The notes: a model not told the origin generated them from the sequence alone. Shown: positions 20,202-31,542, counted from the first letter of the stretch. The stretch is DNA of 64,000 bases from Patescibacteria group bacterium (GCA_041665085.1 JBAYJO010000002.1:19413-83412), one strand, 5' to 3'. Made by a program: numbers and translations.

Positions 20202-21341
20202 TTATGTTTTAAAAACAATTTTTTTACTTCCCAAAAAATTCCAAATCATTACAAAAAGCGATGCAACTACTTTAGATGAATTTAAAACAATTGGACGGGT
20301 AATGTCAAGGCTAAAAACTCGTCCAAAGTACGGGAGAGTAATTTTTAAAATAAACAAATTCAAAAGAAAACCGGTTGCCGTGATCATTATATATTGAACA
20401 TATTGAACATGCAGCTTTTTTTGATTCTTAATTTCTTTAAATGTCCAAGATCTATTCCAAATAAAATTATTAGTTGCGGCAATAATAAAAGAAATTGCTG
20501 CTGCATAATATACATTCATATGAAAATAAACTAAAATATTTAAAATACCAAAATCAATCACTGTTCCAGAAATCCCAATTAGTCCAAATTTGACCATTTG
20601 CCTTGTCTTTTTTTGTTTCATAAGAAGTTTAAAAACAGCGCGAGCAGATGAGATTATTTCTTTGATCCCCATTTTACTTTTTCCAATTTTTCGATCAACA
20701 AAAATAATTGGAATTTCACCAATTTTAAATCCTGCCCGTTGCACTCGAAAAATCAGCTCTTCCATAAAAGCATAACCGGTTGAGACAATTTCATCTAAAT
20801 TTATTTTTTTTAACACTTCAACTTTATAACATCGATATCCGGTTGTGATATCTTTTGGCTTTAACCTTAAAAGACTACGAGTCAGAAGATTGGCTCCCCA
20901 ACTAGTTAAATAACGATAAAACGGCCAACCTATAACACCGCCGCCTTTGACCCAACGCGAACCTAAAACCAAATCATATTTTTCACTTTTTCGTATCAAC
21001 TCCGGGATGTATTTTGGATCATGAGAAAGATCGGCATCCATCTGAAAAATAAGATCATATTGATTTTTAATAGCATATTTAAAACCTTCAACATATGCTG
21101 AACCAATACCTAATTTTCCTTTTCGATGTAATATTTTTATTCTGGGGTCATCTTTAGCCATATTATCAACCAACTCACCAGTACCATCAGGTGAATTATC
21201 ATCGATTACTAATATTTCTATGTTTCCATTGACATCTAAAACCAAAGGTATAAGTTTACCGATATTTTCTTTTTCATTGTAAGTTGGGGTGATGAAAAGT
21301 ATTTTCATAACAATAAAATAATTCTCGATTTTAATTTTCAA
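20202..21341 (-). CDS. Polyprenol-phosphate mannosyltransferase-like GT2 fused to a GtrA domain (start may be 21308)
   Basis: PTYNE, DDNSPDGT, MDADLSHDP; C-terminal KFGLIG..NNFIWNRSWTF GtrA motif. Confidence 0.9.
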   Translation of the reverse strand: MKIKIENYFIVMKILFITPTYNEKENIGKLIPLVLDVNGNIEILVIDDNSPDGTGELVDNMAKDDPRIKILHRKGKLGIGSAYVEGFKYAIKNQYDLIFQMDADLSHDPKYIPELIRKSEKYDLVLGSRWVKGGGVIGWPFYRYLTSWGANLLTRSLLRLKPKDITTGYRCYKVEVLKKINLDEIVSTGYAFMEELIFRVQRAGFKIGEIPIIFVDRKIGKSKMGIKEIISSARAVFKLLMKQKKTRQMVKFGLIGISGTVIDFGILNILVYFHMNVYYAAAISFIIAATNNFIWNRSWTFKEIKNQKKLHVQYVQYIMITATGFLLNLFILKITLPYFGRVFSLDITRPIVLNSSKVVASLFVMIWNFLGSKKIVFKT

Positions 21342-23235
21342 AATTATTTAGATAGTCTAAAGCCTTGGTGGTTTTTTCTAAGTCTTTGTAATTTAATTTA
21401 AATACAAAAGTGCCATTAACCTGTTTTATTAACCCGTAATTATTTTCATCGTTAAGCAAATTGTATATTTGATCAAATTGCTGCTTTTCATCTAGCGGCC
21501 AAGTAGAACCGTAGAGACTTAAAACATAATACTCGGCAGTCAAAGCATCTTTTGTGTTTTCCAAAGGTCTTTGGTAAATCATAGCTCTATTAGCCAAATG
21601 AGGAACAATTGAGTGTTGAGCCGAGACAGACGCATCTTTTGGAATAATCGAAATTGCTTCATTAATATCCCGAGCCCAGCTTGGAATAATATAAGTATTT
21701 TTTTTGAAAATGGTTAAGATAGGACTTCTTTGCCATACTGTTATCGAAATCGAACTCACAACAATTATCAAAGCGAATAAAGCAGCTATATTATTGCCAA
21801 AGTTAATTTTATATTTTGAAGATATAAAATTACTTAAATTTGTTAATCGTAAAATTCCAATAATTGCTCCAATTGCTAACACTGGGGCAATTGCTATTGA
21901 GTAATGAAAATTAATCCCCCACCTTAAAATAGAATCGTTCAATAATTGCTCAACCAACAAAGGAAAACCCAAAAACAAAACAATTTCTGGTGCCAATAAT
22001 GTTAAAAATCCAAAAGATACAAAATATTTTAATATCGTATCCATTCTTGTAATATAGGAAAAAAGATTTTCTATAACAAAAAACGGATTCGTAATAATTG
22101 TTTTTATAGCTTCAGAGGGAGTTTTTCCCAAAACACCATATTGAAAATAGTCAAATTTTCCGCTCTGATTGAAAGCTGGAATTACAAATTTAGTGACTGC
22201 TAAATACCAAAGCAACCCCAACAAAGCAGTCGTTATTCCAACTTTTTTTTCTTTTGTAAATATTACTGAAAAAATTCCCAGGAACAGAATTAATATCGGA
22301 GCATCCTCTTTAGAAATTAAAGCTAAAAATACAAACAACCAATACCAAATAAACTTACGTTCATATAAAAACAAAAAAGCAAATGCAAAAAAAGTTGGGA
22401 TGAACGTCGCCCCATGAATACCAAAGGCCAATGCACTTTGCAAACCAATAAATAATAAATAAGCAATAGAAATTGCAAGAGCCGAAAAATCATTTTTAAG
22501 AATTCTTCTACCCAATAAATAAATTGGTATGGAACCGGCGCATACAAAAATAGATTGAATAATCAAGACTGTTTGAGGAAATGGAAATAAACGATAAATT
22601 GGAGAAAGAAATGGAAAAAGCAAAATAAAATGATCACCTAAAAGATAATATGCTCCTTTTATCGTACTGGGACCCAGATGGAAATTGGCATAGTTATAAA
22701 AAGCTTGCACATAAAGGCCAAAATCCATTGCATGACTTTGAAAATGTGTATGAACAGAAATCGACATAATACTATAAAAAATGGCAAACAATAAAATAAC
22801 AAAATATGGAAAATATTTATTAATCTTAATTTTAAAGTATTGGTTGAAGCTTAGCCAAGCATATAAAGATACTGCAACTGAAAATAAAAAAACTTGAATA
22901 AATCTTCCATAAAAAGGAATATTTAGCTTATAAAGTGCTAATAATAAAAACAAAATTGGTAAATAATAAATTACTATCTTTTTGTTGAAAGAAAATTCTT
23001 TATTCTTTAAATATCCTAAAAATGATATTACTAATGAAAAAATTAATAATAATATAAAATAATTTTTATTAGGAAAAGTATTCACTCCGATTAAATCACT
23101 ATAATTAACCGACGCAAAAGATAATGTAAAAAAATTATACGCAATTAGATAAGCTAACAAAACACAGCCAAAATAAATTGCAAATATTTGAGAAAATTTT
23201 TTTTCTATCATTAAGTCACCGCTATTAACAACCAA
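21331..23235 (-). CDS. DUF2079-like membrane protein (putative GT-C)
   Basis: DFGLYVQ, LGDHF, SKED, IPKDASVSAQ..PHLANR; many TM segments. Confidence 0.75.
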   Translation of the reverse strand: MVVNSGDLMIEKKFSQIFAIYFGCVLLAYLIAYNFFTLSFASVNYSDLIGVNTFPNKNYFILLLIFSLVISFLGYLKNKEFSFNKKIVIYYLPILFLLLALYKLNIPFYGRFIQVFLFSVAVSLYAWLSFNQYFKIKINKYFPYFVILLFAIFYSIMSISVHTHFQSHAMDFGLYVQAFYNYANFHLGPSTIKGAYYLLGDHFILLFPFLSPIYRLFPFPQTVLIIQSIFVCAGSIPIYLLGRRILKNDFSALAISIAYLLFIGLQSALAFGIHGATFIPTFFAFAFLFLYERKFIWYWLFVFLALISKEDAPILILFLGIFSVIFTKEKKVGITTALLGLLWYLAVTKFVIPAFNQSGKFDYFQYGVLGKTPSEAIKTIITNPFFVIENLFSYITRMDTILKYFVSFGFLTLLAPEIVLFLGFPLLVEQLLNDSILRWGINFHYSIAIAPVLAIGAIIGILRLTNLSNFISSKYKINFGNNIAALFALIIVVSSISITVWQRSPILTIFKKNTYIIPSWARDINEAISIIPKDASVSAQHSIVPHLANRAMIYQRPLENTKDALTAEYYVLSLYGSTWPLDEKQQFDQIYNLLNDENNYGLIKQVNGTFVFKLNYKDLEKTTKALDYLNNFEN

Positions 23236-24401
23236 AATATTAAGGCTAAATCGTTTTTCCAGTAAGGTGTATCAACAAAACCAAAAATCACAATACTTAA
23301 CATAATTGATAATAACAAATAATTTTTTCGTTGCCAATTTGCGTTAATGAATATACAAAGAATCCAAACAAAAGCGCTTAATCCTAAAATACCCAAATTA
23401 ACCCAGAAGGTTAAAAATATATTATGTGGAGTTAAAGCCATAGGAGAAACATATTCAGGATAGTTTACTCGATTTTTTGTGAATTCTGTAAAATAATTCT
23501 GATAATTTCCCAAGCCTACACCAAAAATTGGTTTTTGTTTAATAATTTCAAAAGTTGTCTGCCAAATCATTACCCTTAAATTATTTGACGTGGCAACTCG
23601 TCCATCTTTGGCTTCAGGGCTAAAATTCGGTCCAAAAAATTTCCATCCTATCATACCTGAAATTGTAATAAACAAAATTGATAAAACTAATAATAATATA
23701 CGCATCTTTTCTTTTTTCTGGTAATATCTAAATCCCAAAAATAATATTAATCCAGCAATCACAGATATAAAACCTGCTCTTGATCCCGAGACATATACAC
23801 CAAACATTGTAAAAAATGACACAACCAACCAAAAATACAATATCTTATTTTTTATATTTTTAATCACTTGAATAACCCCCAGCACCACTATCGGGGCCAA
23901 ATAAAGTGCTAAATAATTTGGGGAAGAATTAAAAACTCCAAGTACTCTGCCATCATCAGAGGTTTGATGATTAAAATATTGCACAAATGAATGCATCCCA
24001 ACCAATAAACCAGATAAAGCTATGCAATAAATTATATTATTTTTATTAATTTTTTTTGTATTAATTATTATTAAATAAATAATTATCGGATCAATTAAGT
24101 ATGCTTTGAAAAGACCAAGTGCCTGCATTTTATCTGGAGAAATATATGTTGAAATTAATCCTGATAATATTAATAATACAATTGGAATTTTATATAAACC
24201 TAAATTAATTTTTATTTTTTGTCGATAGCTACTTATTATAAAAAATAGTGCTGAAATATAAATTAATATTTCTAGCAAAGTTGTAGGTATACCAAAAATA
24301 TTAAACCGTACTAAATAACTTGGCAAACCAACAACTATTATCATTACCAACCAATTATTCATCTTTACAATCTCCTTTGAAAGCGATATTCTGTATGGCA
24401 A
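23211..24401 (-). CDS. O-antigen ligase (WaaL/Wzy_C) family protein
   Basis: RVLGVFNSSPNYLA, SGSRAG, R..IW, PIFGVGLG, PHNIFL. Confidence 0.88.
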   Translation of the reverse strand: MPYRISLSKEIVKMNNWLVMIIVVGLPSYLVRFNIFGIPTTLLEILIYISALFFIISSYRQKIKINLGLYKIPIVLLILSGLISTYISPDKMQALGLFKAYLIDPIIIYLIIINTKKINKNNIIYCIALSGLLVGMHSFVQYFNHQTSDDGRVLGVFNSSPNYLALYLAPIVVLGVIQVIKNIKNKILYFWLVVSFFTMFGVYVSGSRAGFISVIAGLILFLGFRYYQKKEKMRILLLVLSILFITISGMIGWKFFGPNFSPEAKDGRVATSNNLRVMIWQTTFEIIKQKPIFGVGLGNYQNYFTEFTKNRVNYPEYVSPMALTPHNIFLTFWVNLGILGLSAFVWILCIFINANWQRKNYLLLSIMLSIVIFGFVDTPYWKNDLALIFWLLIAVT

Positions 24402-25773
24402 GAATTAATCCTATTAAAAACCATACATGAATTATATATAAAGTAGAAAACGTAAAGTATTGAATAAGAATTCCAGTAAGCGCTAATGTAGTACCTAAAA
24501 TCATTGATTTAAGAAAAATATCTCTGGTGACACGATAAGCAATAAATGATCTACAATATATCGTAAAAATAACCAAGATAAAAACCGACAGACCTACAAC
24601 GCCCATTTCACACAAAATTTCCAAATACTCATTATTAACTGTCGGCCATCCTGAAACTCCAGGATCAGATGGGTAATTTTTAACATAAGGACCAAAATTA
24701 CCAGGGCCAATACCAAATATTTTGTGATTTTGCCATGCTTCCAAAGATTGGTCAAATGTAGTTAGTCGCGCTACTGTTGATTCGCTTTTTCCTAAGTCTC
24801 CTAACGTTGCCTGTTTCATAAACACAGAAACAGAATTTGAACCTGTACGAGCCAAAAATAAATATGCGCCGATAAAAGTAATTGAAAATACAACTAAAAT
24901 ATATTTTAAGTTCTTTATTGAAAATACATTTTTAAATTGCAAAATTATCACTACAAATGCTACTACACAAAGTCCTAAATAAGCACCTCTTGAAAGAGTA
25001 AGAATCATATTTAAAAATATAATTGAAAATATAACCAATAAAAATTTTTTGGAAAAAATTAATTTATCGTTTTTCAAAAATAGAATCAATGTAATACATA
25101 ACGGTATAAAAAGAAAATCTGCATAAAAAAGTGGCTCCATGGAAAATGCTTGAATACGCGGAAAACCAAACACTTCTTTTGTATATATGTCCTTAAGAAT
25201 CGTGATCGTAGTCGGTAAACCTATTACATCACCAAAAAATTGGAAAAAACCAAAAATCCCTACTAAAAACGATGTGGCTAAGAGATATTTTGTTACCGCT
25301 TGCAATTTAAGCTTAGTGTTGATTAAATTAGTTACTGCAAAGCTTATTAAGATCATAAAAAAAGTAAACACAAGAACAGTAATCGCCCTGGTTAAATTCT
25401 CAGCTTGAGACATTGAGATAATCATACTTGCTGAAAATAATAAAATAAGCGGCGCAACCGCATAAGAACTAAATTTCTTCTTTTTAAAAACTTTATATAA
25501 AATCAAACTTACAATAGTTAGACTGGCAATTAATTGATTGGCTCGTATGTCAATATTTCCAATATTAATTGATGGAAATCTCTCAAACGGTATTGATATA
25601 ATTAAAGCTAATAATCCAACAAAAGGATTTTTGCTTATCATTATTACTGCTAAAATTACTAAGCCAGTAAATAGGGGGAAAAAAACACTCAACAGACCAA
25701 AATAATATATTAAAAATAAATCAGCAATTATAAAAACTGTAATAAAAATTGTTATTAGCAATTTATTCTTCAT
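24355..25773 (-). CDS. O-antigen ligase/polymerase family protein
   Basis: RIQAFSMEP, TLSRGA, FGIGPGNF, NNEYLEILCEMG. Confidence 0.85.
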   Translation of the reverse strand: MKNKLLITIFITVFIIADLFLIYYFGLLSVFFPLFTGLVILAVIMISKNPFVGLLALIISIPFERFPSINIGNIDIRANQLIASLTIVSLILYKVFKKKKFSSYAVAPLILLFSASMIISMSQAENLTRAITVLVFTFFMILISFAVTNLINTKLKLQAVTKYLLATSFLVGIFGFFQFFGDVIGLPTTITILKDIYTKEVFGFPRIQAFSMEPLFYADFLFIPLCITLILFLKNDKLIFSKKFLLVIFSIIFLNMILTLSRGAYLGLCVVAFVVIILQFKNVFSIKNLKYILVVFSITFIGAYLFLARTGSNSVSVFMKQATLGDLGKSESTVARLTTFDQSLEAWQNHKIFGIGPGNFGPYVKNYPSDPGVSGWPTVNNEYLEILCEMGVVGLSVFILVIFTIYCRSFIAYRVTRDIFLKSMILGTTLALTGILIQYFTFSTLYIIHVWFLIGLILAIQNIAFKGDCKDE

Positions 25774-26713
25774 ATATATTGTCCTGTTTAAACCAGTCTC
25801 TTTCTAGAATATCATTATCAGACATTTTTTGGTATTTAACGTTTTCTTTTCTAATAGTAATTATCTGACCAAATTTTGACAATGCCATTAAAAAACCAAG
25901 AGTAGAAAAATAATTGCCTTTAAACAATTGAAGCGTTACTCTAAACGGAATACTTAACAAATTAAATAATAATTTTTGTTTATTTGTTAAATTAATCCAA
26001 TTAAACAAGAATTTATTTCTTTCAGAAATTTTTTTTATATATTTCACAGATATTTTTTTAGCGGTACTTTCGTGATTATGACAAACAACGCTTTTGGGTT
26101 CAAATAATGAAATCCAGCCACGTTTCCATGCGCGGTATCCTAAATCTACATCTTCCCAATAAAAAGGAGAATATATTTCTGAAAATCCGCCAATAGCAAC
26201 GAATTTATCTTTAGCTGTCAAAAAACAGCCTCCGGCCGGATATAAAATTTCTATGGTTTTTTTAATCTCTTTCAATTTGCTAAACATATTTTTGAACCTA
26301 ATAATACCAAATTCATAATATCCGTAGCTAGCTCCTTCAAAATGCTCTCCTTGTTTATCTGGTACAATCTGCAAACTACTAACTGAAAAAATATCATCCT
26401 TTAGATCAGAAATAAGTGGTTTTAAGAAATCTTTTTCTGGTTTAACATCATTGTTTAGAAAGAGTAATAAATTCCCATTAGCTTTTTCTGCCCCTCTATT
26501 ACAGGCGATTGAAAAGCCGTAATTTTTATCTAAAGAAATTAATCTTATATTTGGATATTTTTCTTTAAGAAAATTCGAAGTTTCATCTGACGAACCATTA
26601 TCAACAACAATTATTTCTGAATCGAAATCGCCAAGAGAGATAATTACGGATGGTAAATTTTTCTCCAATAATTTTAAGCCGTTAAGAGTTGGGATAATTA
26701 CACTAATTTTCAT
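25763..26713 (-). CDS. GT2 glycosyltransferase
   Basis: VVDNGSSD, FLNND, YWEDVDLGYR. Confidence 0.92.
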   Translation of the reverse strand: MKISVIIPTLNGLKLLEKNLPSVIISLGDFDSEIIVVDNGSSDETSNFLKEKYPNIRLISLDKNYGFSIACNRGAEKANGNLLLFLNNDVKPEKDFLKPLISDLKDDIFSVSSLQIVPDKQGEHFEGASYGYYEFGIIRFKNMFSKLKEIKKTIEILYPAGGCFLTAKDKFVAIGGFSEIYSPFYWEDVDLGYRAWKRGWISLFEPKSVVCHNHESTAKKISVKYIKKISERNKFLFNWINLTNKQKLLFNLLSIPFRVTLQLFKGNYFSTLGFLMALSKFGQIITIRKENVKYQKMSDNDILERDWFKQDNIYEE

Positions 26714-27777
26714 AAATTTTCTATTAAAATTTTTTCAAATTTTTTTACTTGTTTGTCCCAAGAAAAATTCGAGGCTTTTTTAATAGCATTTTGACCCAAA
26801 TGACGTTGTAATGATTGATCTTTGAGCAACTTAATTAGTGATTGATGAATTGCCTCTGAATCTTTAACAGGAACGATAATTGCACAATTTTTATCAGTAA
26901 AATCAGCAACTGCTCCAGAATTAGTAGTTATCACAGCGCAACCGCAAGCCATTGCTTCAAGCGGCGGTAAACCAAATCCTTCCCTGTGGCTCGGCCAGAT
27001 GAAGATATCACTTTGTTGATAAGGTACAGCGATTTTTTCTTCAGGCAATTTAAAATAAAATTTATCTACTAATTTTTCCAGATCCAACGGAAGTTTTTGT
27101 ACTCCAAACATTATTAATTTAATATCTGGAAATTTTTCTTTTGCTCTGTTAAACGCCTCTATTCCATCTGAAACGCCTTTGTATGGCAGTGGATGATATA
27201 ACATCAATATTCTATTATATTGTTTTTTTTCTGAAGCTGGTTTAAAAGTATTAAGATCTATTGCAGGAGAAGCTATTCCGTAAACCTTTTGCTTAAAATC
27301 ATTTTCTAAAAAATCTTTCTGCCATGTTCCTGAAGCAATTTTTTTAAGAGGCATTCGAAATGTTTTATCTACATCCTCTTTGCTCCGAGCCCATGTTTCA
27401 TAATCTAAAACATAATAAAATTTTTCTCCCTTAGATTTAGAATATTTTTCAACCCAATCTGCTGTTTCGTTAGCTGTGGCAATTACTACATCAGCATCCG
27501 GAATATATTTTTCTGAAAGATCAGGCACTTTCTTGATTTTTGCTTTTAACTTAAACCACTTAGAAGATTCTTCGTTTCCTTTTTGAGCTTCAATAAAATA
27601 TTTTATTGATCTAAAATATCTTTCTACTCTCCAAATAGCATTTTGTTTTGGAAACAACTTTCCTGGATAAACAATATTTACTTCATGACCCAGATCAACC
27701 AAACCATTTGCAATAGAAAAATAGTGCTTAATACCACCTGTTATTCCGGCAAAAGGGAGTATAAAAGTTATTTTCAT
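26710..27777 (-). CDS. GT4 glycosyltransferase
   Basis: [19 protein letters not shown]. Confidence 0.92.
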   Translation of the reverse strand: MKITFILPFAGITGGIKHYFSIANGLVDLGHEVNIVYPGKLFPKQNAIWRVERYFRSIKYFIEAQKGNEESSKWFKLKAKIKKVPDLSEKYIPDADVVIATANETADWVEKYSKSKGEKFYYVLDYETWARSKEDVDKTFRMPLKKIASGTWQKDFLENDFKQKVYGIASPAIDLNTFKPASEKKQYNRILMLYHPLPYKGVSDGIEAFNRAKEKFPDIKLIMFGVQKLPLDLEKLVDKFYFKLPEEKIAVPYQQSDIFIWPSHREGFGLPPLEAMACGCAVITTNSGAVADFTDKNCAIIVPVKDSEAIHQSLIKLLKDQSLQRHLGQNAIKKASNFSWDKQVKKFEKILIENL

Positions 27778-28850
27778 TTTTGAGCTAATCTTTCATAAAC
27801 TTTTATTGTTTGACGAGCTGTTTCTTCCCATGAAAATTTCCGTGCTTGAATCAAGCTTTTTTTACTTAAGTCAGCTTGAATTTTTCCACTTGTTAAAATT
27901 TCTCCAATAGCTTTAATCCATCCATTTTTATCATCTGGAGAAACTAAATAGCCAGCGTCTTCAACAACTTCCGGCAAAGATGATGTATTTGACGAGATAA
28001 CCGGCGTCCCACAACTCATAGCTTCAAGCGGCGGCAGCCCAAATCCTTCATAAAGAGAAGGAAAAGTAAAAAGAGAAGCACCATTATATAGATAAGGCAT
28101 ATCTTCATCAGAAATATAACCGGCAAAATTTACTCTGCTTGATAAATTTAAATCTTTGACAAGCTCGAATAGACTTTCATAATACCATCCTTTTTTTCCA
28201 GCAATAACCAAATTGTGTTTTATTGAACTATCTTTTATTACTTCTGAAAAAACTTTTACCAAAAAAGGTAAATTTTTTCTTGGCTCAAGAGTACCGACAT
28301 GCATTATATAAGGTGAATTGATTTTGTATTTTTTAGTTATTTGATTAATTTTTTCTTTATCTTCGATTAATTTAAATTCTTCACTTGCCGCATCATAGAT
28401 GACAGTTACATCATCCATATTAATCGGTAACAATTTTTTAATATCTTTTTTTGTATGTTCGGAAATTGCGATATAAGTATCGGCAAAACGATAGCTAAAA
28501 GGCATCCATTTTGAATAGAACAATCTTGAAAAAAACGGCAGATTTTGCGGAAAAAAGACAGAAATTAAATCATTTATTGTTACTACCTTCTTAGCACGAG
28601 TTAAAATCGGAGCGGAAAAACAAGGCTGATGCACAATATCTGCTTTGAATTTTGCAGCTTCAATTGGAAACCTGATTTGATCCCAAATTATTCTTTGGGG
28701 AGTTGAAAGATCTCTATCTTTGTGAGGCTCTACTAATAAATATTCGTTTTTTGTATCTATTTTTTTTAAATTTTCAACTAAATTTGAAACATAAAAACCA
28801 AAACCGCTTTTTTGGCCAGCTGTTGTTTGTACATCAATTGCTATTTTCAT
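27774..28850 (-). CDS. GT4 glycosyltransferase
   Basis: [23 protein letters not shown]. Confidence 0.93.
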   Translation of the reverse strand: MKIAIDVQTTAGQKSGFGFYVSNLVENLKKIDTKNEYLLVEPHKDRDLSTPQRIIWDQIRFPIEAAKFKADIVHQPCFSAPILTRAKKVVTINDLISVFFPQNLPFFSRLFYSKWMPFSYRFADTYIAISEHTKKDIKKLLPINMDDVTVIYDAASEEFKLIEDKEKINQITKKYKINSPYIMHVGTLEPRKNLPFLVKVFSEVIKDSSIKHNLVIAGKKGWYYESLFELVKDLNLSSRVNFAGYISDEDMPYLYNGASLFTFPSLYEGFGLPPLEAMSCGTPVISSNTSSLPEVVEDAGYLVSPDDKNGWIKAIGEILTSGKIQADLSKKSLIQARKFSWEETARQTIKVYERLAQK

Positions 28851-30303
28851 TTTTATTTAAATTAATTATTTGATTAATTATAGCAATATCAATTGCTTTT
28901 GTTAAAAAAAGAAAAACTACATATGTAATTGTACCCAAAAAAGCTGAAATTACAAAACCTAAAGATTTCGACAAATAAATAACTAACCCCATAATAATTG
29001 CACTAAATATGTATTTGATAAAATTAGTCATTTTAGGTAAAAAATCAATATACCTACGGTAAATTTTAAAAGCAAAATACAGAGATAAAAATTCTGAAAG
29101 AACCGTAATGATTGCTGCTGCTAAATAACTCCAGTAATGAATAAAAATTATGTTTAAACTTAAATTAATAATTGCAATAATAATATTTGGCATAATCAAA
29201 TCACGTTGTTTTTTCATAGCTAAAACCACTTGCCCAAAGAGAAGTGAAATGCCGCTAAGTCCTAAAGCTAAAAGTAATATACTTAGTACAATAGAAGGTG
29301 TAATTGCATAACCGTGCCAAGAAATGGCAGATGCATTCACAAATTCATTACCACCAATAATTTTTATTATTGGAACTGACAAAAATATTCCACCAATAAC
29401 AATTGGCCATGTAATTAAATTCAAAAAATCAAATGATTTTTGAACAGCATTATTTAGCCTTTCATCTTTTTGACTTATATACTGCGTAATAATTGGGAAC
29501 ATAGCACCCATAAACATCGCCGGTAAAGTCAAAACAATCTCCAGCACTTTATAACTCGCCCCATAAATACCAACATCATAGCTCGGCTTCATTAATGAAA
29601 GTACCACCATATCAATTTTGAAATATATAAAACCAATAATAATAAGAATGCCCATCGGTAATGCTTCTTTATAAATCATTTTCCAAAATTCAAAATCAAA
29701 AGCAGGTTTTATAGCTACATATTTTTTTGCAAAAAGATAATTTATTACAAAATTTACAAAATTTCCAATGATATATGCTGTGATTATTAGGGTAAGATTA
29801 GTACTTTTATGACTAATTACCAGTAAAGAAATAAGTATTATTAAACGCCCAATAACATCACTAATAACTCCTTTGTCAATACGAAATTTTGCTTGAAAAA
29901 GCGCAATAATTGTTGAGTTCATTGACAAGAAAAAAACAGCCAGTGAGGCTAAAGCAATTCCAATTTTTATTATCGGCTCATAAGGTAAAAATTGAGCGAT
30001 TATCACTGAAATTAGATAAATAACAATAGCAATAACTGCTCTAAAAGTAATAATATTATTTACAATTTTTTCTAAAGGATATTTAGCAAAAACGATTTCA
30101 CGAACCAAAACGGTAAAAAAACCCATATCAACAATTACGGCTATAAAATTTACATATGCAAATGCAGTAGTATATTGACCAAAACCATTAACTCCAAGAC
30201 TACGAGTTAGTATTCCAATTATAAATAGAGAAATTATTGTTGTAACTACCTTGCCAACGATTTGCACAGTAGTATTATAAGCAACTTTTTTTGTTAAACT
30301 CAT
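28834..30303 (-). CDS. Wzx/MOP-family oligosaccharide flippase
   Basis: Multiple TM helices, LG..GFGQY, DMG, YFKID..LS, VGIYGA. Confidence 0.9.
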   Translation of the reverse strand: MSLTKKVAYNTTVQIVGKVVTTIISLFIIGILTRSLGVNGFGQYTTAFAYVNFIAVIVDMGFFTVLVREIVFAKYPLEKIVNNIITFRAVIAIVIYLISVIIAQFLPYEPIIKIGIALASLAVFFLSMNSTIIALFQAKFRIDKGVISDVIGRLIILISLLVISHKSTNLTLIITAYIIGNFVNFVINYLFAKKYVAIKPAFDFEFWKMIYKEALPMGILIIIGFIYFKIDMVVLSLMKPSYDVGIYGASYKVLEIVLTLPAMFMGAMFPIITQYISQKDERLNNAVQKSFDFLNLITWPIVIGGIFLSVPIIKIIGGNEFVNASAISWHGYAITPSIVLSILLLALGLSGISLLFGQVVLAMKKQRDLIMPNIIIAIINLSLNIIFIHYWSYLAAAIITVLSEFLSLYFAFKIYRRYIDFLPKMTNFIKYIFSAIIMGLVIYLSKSLGFVISAFLGTITYVVFLFLTKAIDIAIINQIINLNKNENSN

Positions 30304-30363
30304 TATTTAATCATATCAATTAGAGGGTTAATTTTCAAACAACAAAATCAAATAAATTAGTTT

Positions 30364-30439
30364 TGGTGCGCCCAAGAGGATTTGAACCTCTGACCTTGTG
30401 CTCCGCAAGCACACGCTCTATCCGCTGAGCTATGGGCGC
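30364..30439 (-). tRNA. tRNA-Arg(GCG), CCA encoded
   Basis: GCGCCCATAGCTCAGCGGATAGAGCG-TGTGC-TTGCGGA-GCACA-AGGTCAGAGGTTCAAATCCTCTTGGGCGCACCA; anticodon at 30404-30406. Confidence 0.93.
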
Positions 30440-30555
30440 AAAGCTGTATCTGTTATTTATATTCCCTGATTATAATATCATATTTTTCCGATTTTACCAG
30501 ATAAGTCTTTGCACTTTTGTTTTTTTATTGATAATATTATTATTTTATTTTATTT

Positions 30556-30589
30556 ATACCACCTTAATGATATATCATTAAGGTGGTAT
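30556..30589. repeat. Perfect 34-bp loopless palindrome
   Basis: ATACCACCTTAATGATA|TATCATTAAGGTGGTAT. Confidence 0.95.
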
Positions 30590-30678
30590 GTTTTAGACTG
30601 TCGATACGCCTCCTTGACAAACCATATTTAGTTGCGATAATAACCTTAGACAAACTGATTAAAAAGAAAGGAATTACA

Positions 30679-31542
30679 ATGGCACCCGCAAAAAAAGTGT
30701 CCGAAAAAAATACCAAACAGGAAATATGGCGAGCATATGATGAATTGATGAGCGGTATGAATACTCTTCCAATTGAATTTTCAACCCCGAAAAAAGAAGA
30801 GGGCAAGGAAAATTTTATAAAAGATATAACCGATTTAAAACTTACAATCAGCGACAATTTAGACAAAATTGCCAACAATCTTTTGAAAAGTTTGAACGAT
30901 GCGGAAATATTCCGTCAAAATCTTGAAAATGAAAAAAATCAAATTTTGGAAAATATCCATTTCAAAAAAGATGCTCTTGAAAAAGAGATTGAAAATATTA
31001 AAAATGGTAACCTTGAGCAAGAAAAAGAATATTTAAAAACTCAAACACTAATAAGCCAAGAAAAAGAAATTGAACGCAAACGAGAAGAGAATGAATATAT
31101 TTACAATTTAGCTACCAAGCGCCGCAAAGAAAATGATGAGTATCAAACCCAGAAAGCAACTGAGATTGCCAAAATTCAAGAACGAGAAGAAGCAATAACC
31201 ATTCGCGAAAAAGAAATTGCCGAAATGGAAAAATCACTTGCTGAAATGCCAAAAGTAATTGAGGAATCAGTATTTAAATCCAATGATGAAACAAGAAAAG
31301 AACTTACGGCAACATTCACAGCCGAAATTAGCAGACTCAAGATTGAATCAGAGCATCAAAAAAATATTAGTGATCTAAATACTAAAAATCTCGAATCAAC
31401 CATTAAAACACAAGAAACGGAAATAAATTCCTTAAAAAATCAACTTTCTGAAACCAGCAGCCAACTAAAAGAAATGGCCGTCGCCGTTATCGAAGGTGGT
31501 TCCGGTAAAGATAGGCCCGTCTCTGCAAGCCAGACATTATAA
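30679..31542 (+). CDS. Long coiled-coil protein (start reassigned from 30583 to 30679)
   Basis: GAAAGGA SD before ATG 30679; NTKQEI..AY, REENEY, MAVAVIEG; E/K-rich heptads. Confidence 0.7.
   Translation: MAPAKKVSEKNTKQEIWRAYDELMSGMNTLPIEFSTPKKEEGKENFIKDITDLKLTISDNLDKIANNLLKSLNDAEIFRQNLENEKNQILENIHFKKDALEKEIENIKNGNLEQEKEYLKTQTLISQEKEIERKREENEYIYNLATKRRKENDEYQTQKATEIAKIQEREEAITIREKEIAEMEKSLAEMPKVIEESVFKSNDETRKELTATFTAEISRLKIESEHQKNISDLNTKNLESTIKTQETEINSLKNQLSETSSQLKEMAVAVIEGGSGKDRPVSASQTL

Noticed and set aside
30583-30678. N-terminal extension of the coiled-coil ORF
   Set aside because: Overlaps the palindrome and a TTGACA promoter element; ATG 30679 has a clear SD.
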